In this document: piece after piece, positions 26,556 through 37,460 of the stretch
Numbering within the stretch: position 1 is the first letter of the stretch
Layout of the letters: every line of letters starts with the position of its first letter
DNA from: Laetmonice hystrix
Lineage: Eukaryota
NCBI GenBank assembly: GCA_965235115.1
Contig: OZ249442.1
Coordinates: 19,220,001 to 19,284,000 of the forward strand
DNA: 64,000 nt
Direction: 5' to 3'
Program-made: the position numbers and the translations under genes
The notes under the pieces: generated by a model
What the model was told of the DNA's origin: nothing
The model's database searches: none
What the model saw: only the letters and a program-made list of their open reading frames with translations

Positions 26556-27496
26556 ATAAATATATGTGTGATTTTAAACCAATTCGCGGAGGTTTGACAA
26601 ATGATTGTGTTAATTTTACATTGGTAATTCTAAAGTAGATCAGATATTTCATATGTTGATTTGAAAATATATAAAAATGTACATTTGTACGATCAAATGT
26701 AGAAATGTGTCCTAACAGCTTCTCGTCACTGTTGGTAATACGCATCAGTACTCAACAGTTTTACGTACATTGAGACACAGTAAGAACATCTGAACTAGTG
26801 ATAAATGTTTATATAAAAATGTTATTTAGAGCATTCACAGCTGGCCCTGACCAGTATCATGTACAGGTGAACATGACGATGGGAAGGAGCCTTTCCATTG
26901 TACATCATGCTACCTCAGTGCGGAAAGGTTTTGAGTGAAAAACCACAAATTGAGAAATCCAGTATTTTTATGTTTCAACCGTACTCTGCTGAACTGGTCA
27001 AAACATTTACACCCAGAACTCATTTATATAATGTATTTATTGCAGTATTATGTACGGACACGCACAACCTTTACCCAATAACTTCTCTAAACTATTATCA
27101 CCAAATGTATTGAACTCATTTTCATGAAAATGTCACTTAAAACCCTTCTGCACTGAGGTAGTGATATGTGGATTGGACGTTGAATTAGGGGGTTTCCACT
27201 ATAAATGTAAAGGCCCCAGCTGAAATAATGTAAGAGTTATTTCCCAAGCCGCTATCATGTGCATTTGAGTGTAGCACTAGAGGATTGATGTGATATAGAT
27301 TTTCAGGCGCATGGCGTCACTGCCATGTACTTGAGCCATTTCACCTGTACTAGATACTTAATAGTACTTAGCCAGGTCATTTTTCACTGTATATAATGGA
27401 TATGACTTTCATCCATGGTTTCGTCATGTAATGATTATTGTTCTCTTGTGTACTTGCAGGGCCATCTGAGGCGGTCATCGGAGGACTTCACGCAAC

Positions 27497-30400
27497 ATGT
27501 CCCTTCCTATCAAGTTCCCGTTCAGTAAGCTACGTCTAAAGCAGAACTACAGTCGTCCGGCAACATCTACATCTGTACCAGCGTCTCCAGCCAGGAACCT
27601 CCAAACGTGTACGTCCTGTGGCTTCAGTACACGGCACCGAGTGCTGTTTGATCGCCATGCTCATCGCTGTCAAAATGGCCTCCGTCCACCACAAGTCGTG
27701 GCCAGAAACTACAAGTGTAAGAAATGTGTCTTCACAACGACAAAGTCAAAGATGTACCTTTATCATTTGAAAGACGTTCACGGTGAAGGAATCAATATTT
27801 TCCCCTGTGATCTGTGTGAATATGCTTCACGGTACAAGTGTAAGGTGCTCCGACATCGCAAGTTTGTCCACCGTGCTGCCAAAGCCATTAGTCCTGATGA
27901 TCTGAATGAGGATGAGAGAAATGACGACATGATGGAAAACGGTGAGAGCGATGAGAACGTCACAAACGGCGGAGGAGAGGTGGAGGAAATTGATGGTATT
28001 CATGAAATGGAGCAGGAAAACTACAGTGAAGCAGAAGGACAAGAAAATGCTGAAGTTGTTCAAGAAGAACGTGACGCTGCACCCAGCGAGACAGAGTCCA
28101 TGACCATCCGCAATACAGTGACCTCTATAAGGTCACCCATCAAATCGACAGATAATGCATTTGATTATATCCAGCGCATTTCCAACAGCCCAGATTTCAA
28201 GCAAGCTGCATACCAATGTGCCTTATGTACCTACAGCAATGTGCAAAAATGGAAAGTTGCCAACCACGTCAGGTCGTTTCATATGAAGAAGAAAGTTTTC
28301 AAGTGTCCTTTCTGCAGCTTTGTTACAAGCCGCAAGATTGAATTTTGTATCCACAAAACCAAACATTCAGATAAGAAAGTATATGCATGCAAGGAGTGCG
28401 ACTATAAATCTATCTCAAGAACAAACTTTGACCGTCACCTTGCCAATCACGATGCAAATCTCCCCGTGAAGTGTTCCATCTGCAGCTATTCCTCAACTGG
28501 AGAAGCAGCAGTGCAGCGTCACCTCACTGAGTGTCACCCAAATATGTCAACCTGCACATTGACAGGTGTGCTCAACAACAACAATTTGGTGATGGCTGAT
28601 CAGACTGGTTCAGAGTCCGAGTCCTCTGGGATGTCCAGTTCCCAGGAGATGACATGTAAAGTCTGTGGAATGAAGGTCAAAAATGAATCCAAACTGCGAA
28701 TTCACATGGTATCCCACACCTCCGAATCGGTCCACTGGTGCCCCCTCTGTACTCTCAAATACAAGCGCTCATCAGACCTCAACAGGCACATGAAACGCAA
28801 ACATGGGGCAAAGTTAAGAGACTTTTTCTTCATGGGACAGCAGGAACAGCCACTGAACTTATCAGTCCAGAAAGCAAATTTAGCAGCAGCAGCTGCGGCG
28901 GCGGCTGCTGCTGCAGCTGCTGCTGCTGGAGGAAAGGCTGCACTGGGAGGTGAGGACCAGCCCTTGGATCTCAGCCTCCCCAAAAAAGGAAGCCTCATGG
29001 TTCCCGTAGAGAATCTCAAGTGTTCCCACTGTTCCTACCTGGCAAAATGGCCGAGTGACCTGCGACGTCATCTTCTTGTTCACTCTGTGGAAAAACGCTT
29101 CAAGTGCCCCTGCTGCCATCGCAAGTATAAATACCAGTTTGACCTAAACATGCATCTGCGTCGCATGCATCGCGTGCCCGCTGGAAGAACCAAGGTGCCA
29201 GCTCTGAGCAGTTCCGTGCCACCCGTAGTCAATGTGGCCACCCTGAATTCCTCATCAGTCATAGTGAGAAAGACGGACCAGTCCCTTCTTAAGGCACAGA
29301 AAGAGAGCGATGTTTCAGGAAATAAAAAACTGCCTTCTGCCAAACTGCCAAAAGTGAATCGCTATAAGCTTACTCGCCAGCAAGTAGCCCCTCAGGGTAA
29401 ATACAAGTGTGACTACTGCCCGTATCTTGGGAAGTACCAGTCAGAGGTGGACCGTCACATGAGGCTGCACACTGGAGAAAAACCCTACTCCTGTTTGTAC
29501 TGCTCGTATCGCTCCCACTGGAGAGGTGACATGAAACGGCATCTACAGAAACATCACTCGTCTCAGAAAGAAGTCATCAATGATATAGCAAACCTCATGG
29601 AACGTACGTACCAACCAGAGAATTCTCAGAACGACCAGAGCACCTTGTCAAGTTTGAGTGAAATTGTGAAGATTAAGAAAGAACCTAAGGATCAAGATGA
29701 CCAGATGTCAGTGGATGAAACCGATAAGGTTTCTGGTGGTAAAGCTGATCCCAACGAACAGGTGGGAAGTGATGGAATGGAGTTCATGACGCTGACGCCG
29801 AGAAGCACATCGAGCAGCATTTCAAGCACCCCACAAAACAAGTTGGCTGGGGACAGGAGACAAAACCTTTGCCCTTACTGCCCCTTCTCCTGCGAAGCTC
29901 CATCCAAATTGAAGTGTCATATGGAAATCCATGAGAATCTTAAGCGCTTCAAGTGTGCTCATTGTGGAAAACGATCCAACTGGACCTGGGATGTCAGGAA
30001 ACATATAAAAAAGGAGCATCCAACATTAGAGCTAAATGTTATTGTCATGGAAGAGGATGAAGCTCGTGAAACACTGGGTGACTACCTTCAGACGCATTAC
30101 AAGTCGCCCCCGAAAAAAGAGTCTGCTGATAAGAATGAGCTTCCAACCCAAGTGCCCTTACACAGAATCACAGATCAGCTGCCTCCTCTAGAGTTGATGA
30201 CTTCTTTTGGCAATTTACCTATGGCCCACAACATAAGTGACAGTTCCCCTCGGGAGGGAGAGGACGCCCCAAGTATCGGCGACCCAGATGATGTCAGTGT
30301 CGAGATAAGCATGGCGCACCGCCCTGGTCGTCTCCCCAGCGTGGCTACAAAGCGTTGTCGCCCATTCAAATGTTCAAAGTGTGGACGCAGGTCAAATTGG

Positions 30401-33400
30401 AAGTGGGACATGAACAAACATATTCGCATGGTTCACCCAAATGCCAAACTAATCATAATGACTCAAGAAGAGGCACGTGCCACTATGCCCAAAGGAGGAT
30501 TCAAGAGTGCCAACTTTAAATCTAATCGAGACAGCACAAAGACGAAGTCCACCAGTGTCAAGCAAGAGTCCCCATCTCCTTCAAAGCAGAAATACAATCA
30601 CCAATTTGACAGCAACCGCACCAAAAAATTCAAATGTTCATCTTGCCCTTACCGATCTGATTACAGAAGTGATATTGGCCGTCATTTAAAGAGGCTTCAC
30701 AGAAAGGGCTCTGCCACGATCCTGATGTTATCAGACGAGGAAGCACGCAGTACCCTACAGGAATACAAGGACAAGTGGGTACGAGGGAAGTTTGTCTTCA
30801 GTCCGGCCAAGGAGCGTGCTTACAGAGAGGCAGAGCGACAGGCAGGCGTCAGGAAGGCGCTCTTTGCGCACGATACACCTGAATACAACCGACCACCAAC
30901 ATCGCCCCCTCGGCTCATTAAGGAAGAACCAATGGTCAAAGATGAGAGTGATGCACCCGGGAATTCAGAAAACCAGTTAGTTTTACTTGCCCCACCTCTT
31001 ATAGAGCGTGGAAAATTATGGAAGTGCCCAAAGTGCTCCTACAAGAACCCAAACAAGAAAATGGTAATGAGGCACATGCGGAACCACCCCAAGGTCAAGG
31101 TCTTCCAGTGCAGAATCTGTGGTGAAGCATCAGACTATCGCAACTCTATGTATCGCCATGTGCGTAATAAACATCACAGTACCGACTACAGTGGCATTGT
31201 AAATGAAAGCATCGCCTATGTGCCAGCTGTGAAAGCTGAACCAAGTGTGGACAACACTGGCTCGCAAGATGCGCATGTGACATACAAGTGTAAGCTTTGC
31301 GACCAGACCTCCAGCTGGAAGTCGGGCATCATGAGACATGTTGCTGACAAACATCATGGCATGGCGAACATGGAGAATGTCATGGAGGTTGTACCCGTTG
31401 ATAATGCACATTCAACCAAAGGTCATCAGGTGCGAGATTCATCCAAACGGACCCCTGGTGATCAGATCAAACAGCTGGCTTGTAGTGTTTGTCCATATCG
31501 CACAAACAAATCTGGACTGCTGCGCATACACTCCACATATCACAATCCTCAGGTAGGCAACAAGTTTAAATGCAAGTACTGCCCGTATTACGTCAGTGCC
31601 ATGAGGCTCCTGCATCAGCATGTAAGACTTCATTTGAAACCAGGAGAAACTACAAGCAATATCAAAGAGGAACCGATCGGGGAGGAGGTGCCTGACATCC
31701 CTTCAACTCCGAAACAGGAAACAAACGTGTCATATGTGAGGATGTCTCCTACATCATCAATTACTTCAGGATCTCCTGGAAGGCGTTACTACTGCGACCA
31801 GTGCCCGGCAGTGAGCAGGAATAAAAACGACTTCTTATATCACAAACAGTTTCACCGTCCCAAGCCAACCGCACCTTTTAAATGTAAACTGTGTAATTAC
31901 TGGGTGAGTCAGCGGAGGCTGCTGAGGCAGCACGAAAGGGTCCACTTGTCGGAGTATATTGAACACTATCATAACAATAACAACAATAACAGCCCCAAGC
32001 CAGCAGTCCTGAAGACATACGCCGACCGTGGTACCTCGGTGCCCCAGATGGTACTCGCATCGCCAGCCAAATCTGATGTCAGTGACTATTGTGATGCAGT
32101 CCAGATGGCGACGATAAAACAGCAAATCATCGCTTCCAAGGTCACCACTGTACCCATCACACCAGAGAAGTTCAGCGAGAATAGAGGAGAGGAGGACAAC
32201 TACACTGTGGAAGGTTACCTGGTCAACAAGTCGGGCCAGTTCATGAAGAGCGGGGCTTTACGCAAACTGCACAAATGCCCGTATTGTCCTTATACCAACA
32301 TAAGGGCCACTAACCTACGCATGCACAGAAAGATGCATGGGGTCCGGCCAGGCAAGGATCTGCTCAAATGTCCCTATTGCAATTACCATGTGGGCAACAA
32401 GGGGCTGCTTTCACACCACGTTAAGGTGCACTCAAGTAACTACCGACCAGGCCAGGACGAAATTAACGATGTGGAGCTTGGAGGAGACGAGGATGGTGAA
32501 GGGCAAGAGAGTTGTGAAGAGAAGGAGGAGGGTGAAGATTGCATGGACACGGAAGAGATAAATAACGATAGAGAGTCAGCAAAGGAAGGTGCAAGTGGAG
32601 TTGGTGGCAAAGGTGAACTGGAATCGTTCGTCATACCTGCCCCACCCAGAGATGTTGGTCCTGTGCTGAGTCAGACCTGTCTGCCCCACAACATGGAGTA
32701 CTACGTTAAGTACAATGACAGCACGGGAGAACATTTGCTGGAAAGGGCGCGGTTTAAGAAGTGGTGCTGTGAGAAATGCCCATACGCCACAATGAAGCGT
32801 TCGCAGTTTGAACGCCATGTTACTCTGCATGCTAATAGACAGAAGTATACATGTGAGTTCTGCGATTACAGTGTCCCGGCGTACCATCTACTCCTACAAC
32901 ACAAGAAGCTTCACCTGCATCCCAACCCCAACTTGCTGAGTGTGCAATCCATCGCCAATCTCCAGCGCCTGCCGCAGTTACCCGCCGATGTTGCCGCGGC
33001 CACCAACTTCCTGACCGAGGCCACGGACCCTGCCTCCCAGCAGGGCAGTCATGACCACCTTGAACTGTATGAGAACACAGCAGAGTTCACCGAGCCCAAG
33101 AAACTCTACAGGTGTGACCGATGCCCGTACACCAACGTGCGTCGGGATCACCTTTTGTCCCATCTGCGTTTTCATATGGTTCAGAGTGAACTTCAGTGCC
33201 CTTACTGCGACTACAGTGTGGGCAAGCAGCATCTCCTTATGCAGCACGTCAGGGTCCACTTCACGGCTCCAGGCTCCGAGGGTTTCTCCGGTACTACAAA
33301 CACAGCCCTCAATCTCTCACTCACGCAGAATCCCGAGGGAAACGTGAAGCTCCCAGGCTCAGAGCGCCCTCTAGAGGACAAGGCGGAAGGTGCGTCCCGT

Positions 33401-33721
33401 AACACTCCACAGCCCGAGTACATAGAACTAAATGAACTCGGAAAAGTTGGGGCACTCAATGCACCGGATGAACCCCCAAAAAGCGAGGAGGAACCCATGG
33501 ATGTGGAGGAGCGTGCAGAACAGAAGGAGGGTCCAAAAGAAGATACCGAAGATGATCCGAGCGAGGAGAAATCACAAGAAGAGAAGCCTGGGAGAGTGTC
33601 GGGGGTAAACATGGAATCGCCGGACACAGTGTGGATTTGCCAATATTGTGACAGGGCATTTGGCGCTTCAGAGATTCTTCTGCGACATGAAATGCAACAT
33701 TTGGTGGGCAACCAGTTCTGA
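27497..33721 (+). CDS. Large multi-C2H2 zinc-finger transcription factor (2074 aa, about 31 fingers), CDS in a single exon
   Basis: Open 6225-nt frame with about 30 canonical CxxC-12x-Hxxx(x)H fingers plus one C2HC-like finger, and one canonical HTGEKPY linker. Splice acceptor (ttctcttgtgtacttgcag) ends at 27459. An in-frame TGA at 27467-27469 supports ATG 27497 as the start. The SNWxWDxxKH fingers recall Drosophila CG9932-type proteins, often auto-annotated REST-like; orthology not verified. Confidence 0.95.
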   Translation: MSLPIKFPFSKLRLKQNYSRPATSTSVPASPARNLQTCTSCGFSTRHRVLFDRHAHRCQNGLRPPQVVARNYKCKKCVFTTTKSKMYLYHLKDVHGEGINIFPCDLCEYASRYKCKVLRHRKFVHRAAKAISPDDLNEDERNDDMMENGESDENVTNGGGEVEEIDGIHEMEQENYSEAEGQENAEVVQEERDAAPSETESMTIRNTVTSIRSPIKSTDNAFDYIQRISNSPDFKQAAYQCALCTYSNVQKWKVANHVRSFHMKKKVFKCPFCSFVTSRKIEFCIHKTKHSDKKVYACKECDYKSISRTNFDRHLANHDANLPVKCSICSYSSTGEAAVQRHLTECHPNMSTCTLTGVLNNNNLVMADQTGSESESSGMSSSQEMTCKVCGMKVKNESKLRIHMVSHTSESVHWCPLCTLKYKRSSDLNRHMKRKHGAKLRDFFFMGQQEQPLNLSVQKANLAAAAAAAAAAAAAAAGGKAALGGEDQPLDLSLPKKGSLMVPVENLKCSHCSYLAKWPSDLRRHLLVHSVEKRFKCPCCHRKYKYQFDLNMHLRRMHRVPAGRTKVPALSSSVPPVVNVATLNSSSVIVRKTDQSLLKAQKESDVSGNKKLPSAKLPKVNRYKLTRQQVAPQGKYKCDYCPYLGKYQSEVDRHMRLHTGEKPYSCLYCSYRSHWRGDMKRHLQKHHSSQKEVINDIANLMERTYQPENSQNDQSTLSSLSEIVKIKKEPKDQDDQMSVDETDKVSGGKADPNEQVGSDGMEFMTLTPRSTSSSISSTPQNKLAGDRRQNLCPYCPFSCEAPSKLKCHMEIHENLKRFKCAHCGKRSNWTWDVRKHIKKEHPTLELNVIVMEEDEARETLGDYLQTHYKSPPKKESADKNELPTQVPLHRITDQLPPLELMTSFGNLPMAHNISDSSPREGEDAPSIGDPDDVSVEISMAHRPGRLPSVATKRCRPFKCSKCGRRSNWKWDMNKHIRMVHPNAKLIIMTQEEARATMPKGGFKSANFKSNRDSTKTKSTSVKQESPSPSKQKYNHQFDSNRTKKFKCSSCPYRSDYRSDIGRHLKRLHRKGSATILMLSDEEARSTLQEYKDKWVRGKFVFSPAKERAYREAERQAGVRKALFAHDTPEYNRPPTSPPRLIKEEPMVKDESDAPGNSENQLVLLAPPLIERGKLWKCPKCSYKNPNKKMVMRHMRNHPKVKVFQCRICGEASDYRNSMYRHVRNKHHSTDYSGIVNESIAYVPAVKAEPSVDNTGSQDAHVTYKCKLCDQTSSWKSGIMRHVADKHHGMANMENVMEVVPVDNAHSTKGHQVRDSSKRTPGDQIKQLACSVCPYRTNKSGLLRIHSTYHNPQVGNKFKCKYCPYYVSAMRLLHQHVRLHLKPGETTSNIKEEPIGEEVPDIPSTPKQETNVSYVRMSPTSSITSGSPGRRYYCDQCPAVSRNKNDFLYHKQFHRPKPTAPFKCKLCNYWVSQRRLLRQHERVHLSEYIEHYHNNNNNNSPKPAVLKTYADRGTSVPQMVLASPAKSDVSDYCDAVQMATIKQQIIASKVTTVPITPEKFSENRGEEDNYTVEGYLVNKSGQFMKSGALRKLHKCPYCPYTNIRATNLRMHRKMHGVRPGKDLLKCPYCNYHVGNKGLLSHHVKVHSSNYRPGQDEINDVELGGDEDGEGQESCEEKEEGEDCMDTEEINNDRESAKEGASGVGGKGELESFVIPAPPRDVGPVLSQTCLPHNMEYYVKYNDSTGEHLLERARFKKWCCEKCPYATMKRSQFERHVTLHANRQKYTCEFCDYSVPAYHLLLQHKKLHLHPNPNLLSVQSIANLQRLPQLPADVAAATNFLTEATDPASQQGSHDHLELYENTAEFTEPKKLYRCDRCPYTNVRRDHLLSHLRFHMVQSELQCPYCDYSVGKQHLLMQHVRVHFTAPGSEGFSGTTNTALNLSLTQNPEGNVKLPGSERPLEDKAEGASRNTPQPEYIELNELGKVGALNAPDEPPKSEEEPMDVEERAEQKEGPKEDTEDDPSEEKSQEEKPGRVSGVNMESPDTVWICQYCDRAFGASEILLRHEMQHLVGNQF

Positions 33722-33737
33722 AGTAACATTGTTATTG

Positions 33738-33913
33738 GTAAGTGGAACTTCAGATTGTATATAGCCACAAAAATCTTTGCTTAGATCAGCCTGATGATTT
33801 TGAAATATATAAAGATACGGGACAAGAGTGTATGGTTTTAGATATCAAGGATAGCTTATACAGCCACCATGAGTCATAGACTAAATTAACTTTGTCATTT
33901 TATTTTACCTCAG
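33738..33913 (+). other. Probable 176-nt intron in the zinc-finger gene 3' UTR
   Basis: Donor ttg|gtaagt 16 nt after the TGA. Branch-like ctaaattaac, pyrimidine tract and ttttacctcag| ending at 33913. Confidence 0.55.
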
Positions 33914-34124
33914 CTGAAAGCTGAAGTAATGCAAGCGCTAGTCTTTGGATCCTAAATGCGCATTTCAAGGTTTTCATTATACCGGTTTCTATTTCAGGGC
34001 AACCCAATGAGTACAGGACAAAGACTTGTTGGAAGTAGTACTTCAGCCGTGGCGTTAGCCAGAGAGAAACTACTACCACCGTCTCTAGAAATATAGGTCG
34101 TACCACGATTACTTTCTCGTGGCG

Positions 34125-34140
34125 TCGCTAGGGGGCGCCA
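34125..34140 (+). promoter_or_regulatory. CTCF-like motif
   Basis: TCGCTAGGGGGCGCCA closely matches the CTCF core consensus. Confidence 0.4.
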
Positions 34141-37100
34141 TTCGCTGTCACCTGACGGCAACTCATGGCACTTGAACCTGTGAAGACTACGTTATTCAGG
34201 AACACGGGTATGATAGTCCTATATGTGCCTTTCATCAACTGATGAACAGTCTGCGAACTGGAATTCAAAGTGCCATCCCCACTGACTCGAGATTTAAATT
34301 CCTGATGATGAGATATTTAAGGTCAGATTTCCAGCAGGCTGAAACTACTAGAACTTGACTGGTGTAGGCCTATATCTGCTGCCTTATATAATCATATCGC
34401 CGTGGTAGGGGAGACATGGCTAACCGAGCCTTCTAAGTCTGTAAAACCCAACTAGTAACGATATACTAGGTATATATCTGTTTTATACTTGTCATACTTG
34501 AACCAAGTCCTGTGTTTGGAGAACAGTCTGTGTTGCTCAATAACCATCGTGCCTTTGAAAGTCGGTCTAAATGTAAGAGCTCTGCCATAGCAGAAGATGA
34601 TATTGTAGCTATTCCAATATGCACAAATCATATTTACCTCAGATTTTGTCTAGATTTATAACTGCTAGAGTCCACAGAAGGGTTTGCTTGGCAGAAGCAT
34701 CCTTGAACCATCAAGACCAAAACATTTAACACGAGAATATGAACTTGAAGTCAGCTCCTGACGATTGTGCATAGAAATAGGGTCTACGCTTTAATATCTT
34801 AGAAAATGTGCCTTGAAACATTTCCCAGTAATCTTGAAGGTCAACTGATCAGTGATAAATAGCGACTGTGCCAGGAAACAAATGTGCGTTTTTTATCAAC
34901 ACTTTTATAGGTATGATATTATATTAAGTCGTTCAAAATTCTTTCTGTGCCTTGAAAAATGCGTATCTGGCCTTAGGTCAACTGCCATGCCTTCCAACAC
35001 GCCTAGCTGTACCGGAAATCATGTGTACCATGTCTTGAGACAAGAGCCTTGTTAGAGGTCCGCCCATCAGCTGATGTGCCTTAAAACAACTACAGATATG
35101 TGATGTAAACCCCATCAGGCGAAGGAAGATTTATGGGCTGTCAGTCACGTGGACTGCTGTACCTTGGATAGATATATTTGTTATATCATCGTCATCAAAT
35201 ACTGTGCCTTAGGATATTTCAAATGTTATTCCGAACCCATATTACATTATGTGGTAATATTGTGCACTGGATCTCAACGTTCAGCACATAGGAGGCCATG
35301 CTCTGTCCAGTCCTATGCAGTAAGTACCAATGTTGAGGCACCAGTGTAGGTGTACATATACAATGTATAAAATTGTTAAAACTTTCAGAATGCAGAATTA
35401 TATTTGATGAAAACGTTGACTGTAGTGGTAGGTGGATACTGGTTCAGGGAACAGAACCTTTTGCTTTAATAGGGAGTTTGGCTGTTTGTTGCTGCCCGTG
35501 CAACTGCTGTGAAGATTATATTTGTATTATGCAGTAACTTGAAGAAAAAGCAAGGATAATACCGTTTGTATTGCATTATGATGTGCAGTATGTTATCAGC
35601 AGCCTTGTGTTTAGTGTAAATATGTATTTTATATAATATTACGATTAGAATAGGAAACTAATTAAAAACAATACAGTGAGCATTCACGAATCTTTACGAA
35701 GTGCAATAATATTCTTGTTGGAATCTTGCTTAGCTGTAGTAGGTACCGAATAATTGTTTAAAATACATTGGTGATTCATTTTCTAAGAGGGGCAAATGGT
35801 GGGGTTTTTTTTCAGTTATTTTGCGTTAAACATCTACTGGGGGAAAAACAGAAGGGATAGGGGTAGGGTCCTTCATTAGGGGTAAACCTGCTGTAGTGGC
35901 TACATGTACACAGGCAAGCTATAATCTTAGACTGATGATGTAATCAAGGAATTGTGGAAGTGAGCAATCCCTATGGGTAAGAAACTGGAGAAATGTTTGA
36001 TTTTATTGGTAACTTAAGAATCATGTAGTATTGTTGTGTACAACTTCTTGGTTCTTGGGTCGCAAAAGGCTAACAAGGAAAGACAGTGGAAAATGAAAGT
36101 GTAAGGTCTGACAAGAATATGTACGGTGTTTGTATTGTTAAATGTTCCCTTGATATTTTGAGAGTTCTGTTGGTAGAAAATGTCTCTCATCCCAAGCGTG
36201 TACGATGTATTTCAGAAGGTCGAAGCTTCAAAAGAGGCCAATGATTTCGTTCAAAGTTAGAGCAGGCTTTTGACGTTTGAAAAGTTCGGTGTCCAAATAG
36301 GCGTATGTTTCTTATCTGACGTACTAATCAATTTGAAATCACTAGGTAACTTTATAATGTAAGGGAGGTCTACATTTGATCTGTGAAAGATAACGGGGAA
36401 CCAGTGGAGGGATCTGATGGTAACCGTTCTAGTCGAATCGGGAAGATAACAGTTCATTCATTTATCTTTCAATCATGAGATATTAACATCATTCCCACCA
36501 CAAAATTAGGAAGAAATAAACAAATAAAAGAATACTGAACCAACAGCATCTGTTGGTTCAGCATAGCAACATAGAAATACCGGTCTACAGGCAGTATTTT
36601 TTGGCCATTTCCATATTTTAAGAAACGCTTCAATACGTCAAAAGGGTGCTTGAGACATGTCATAAATGTACCATATAGAGTGTGGCCCCCAGTAAGGAGT
36701 GTGATTACATATCGTTTAGTGCTGCCTCATTCATCTCGACAAACTGCTGGAACTTCGTATTCTCTCCCTTCATTGATAGGAAAATGTGGGACAGGACCGT
36801 GATATCCTGGAATGTATTAAAATTAATGTCAAAGCGAACTATTGATGACCAAAAGTACATACATGAACTCGTGAACAAAGTTACACTGCAGACATATGTG
36901 GCGTCCAGGTTCATGCTCAGTTTAAGGAAAAACAACCGGATGTAGCATTATTTTTAATTAGAATGTACCAATATTTGATGTAAGGAGCAAAAAAATCTAT
37001 TGATAAATGTGCTTCCATGAGCCAGTAGTACCTCCCTATGGCAAAAGGGAGGGGGGGGGGGGCGAGATGAGCTGTTAAATTTTCTTTGAGCTCAGAACGC

Positions 37101-37419
37101 TGCAGGTCGGGAGTGGACGGACTTTCTACTACCGTTATAGGATCATGCATGGTTGCAAGAACCTAATGACACTCAGACAGGATAAGACTTTGTTAGGAAG
37201 GTGTTGAAAAGCTCAAATACACCATTACCACTTCGTGACTTGAGAAAACCTGAGATTGAGCAATTATTTTTTTGATGCCCAGGACCGTTCATGTATATCT
37301 TCCAGCTTGTTCTTCCAGTTTATGCCAACTTGTCATTTTGCGCGGCCATCTAGTCAGATAGCCTTCATGAATATAAAGGTGAAAAACGATTTTTCCTAGA
37401 TGCTTTCTTCGGTTTCCTG

Positions 37420-37460
37420 CCACTTGAGTGGCTGCTACTTGAGTGGCTGCCACTTGAGTG
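37420..37460. repeat. 15-bp tandem repeat, about 2.7 copies
   Basis: C(C/T)ACTTGAGTGGCTG repeated. Confidence 0.85.

Noticed and set aside
629-26745. Dozens of 60-150 aa ORFs in the first 27 kb
   Set aside because: No recognisable domains and no chain of phase-compatible exons; lengths are as expected by chance in GC-richer patches.
27497-33721. Calling the zinc-finger gene REST, charlatan or ZNF462
   Set aside because: The finger number and arrangement do not match REST's 8+1 layout, and I cannot verify orthology without a search. I saw no RE1-like site in the window.
33211-33768. 185-aa minus-strand ORF
   Set aside because: Antisense shadow of the acidic C-terminus of the zinc-finger CDS; Ser-rich with no recognisable features. 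The same applies to the other ORFs nested in 27497-33721.
33719-33790. Stop-codon read-through of the zinc-finger ORF
   Set aside because: The TGA-A context is not the leaky TGA-C type, and the extension is short and unremarkable.
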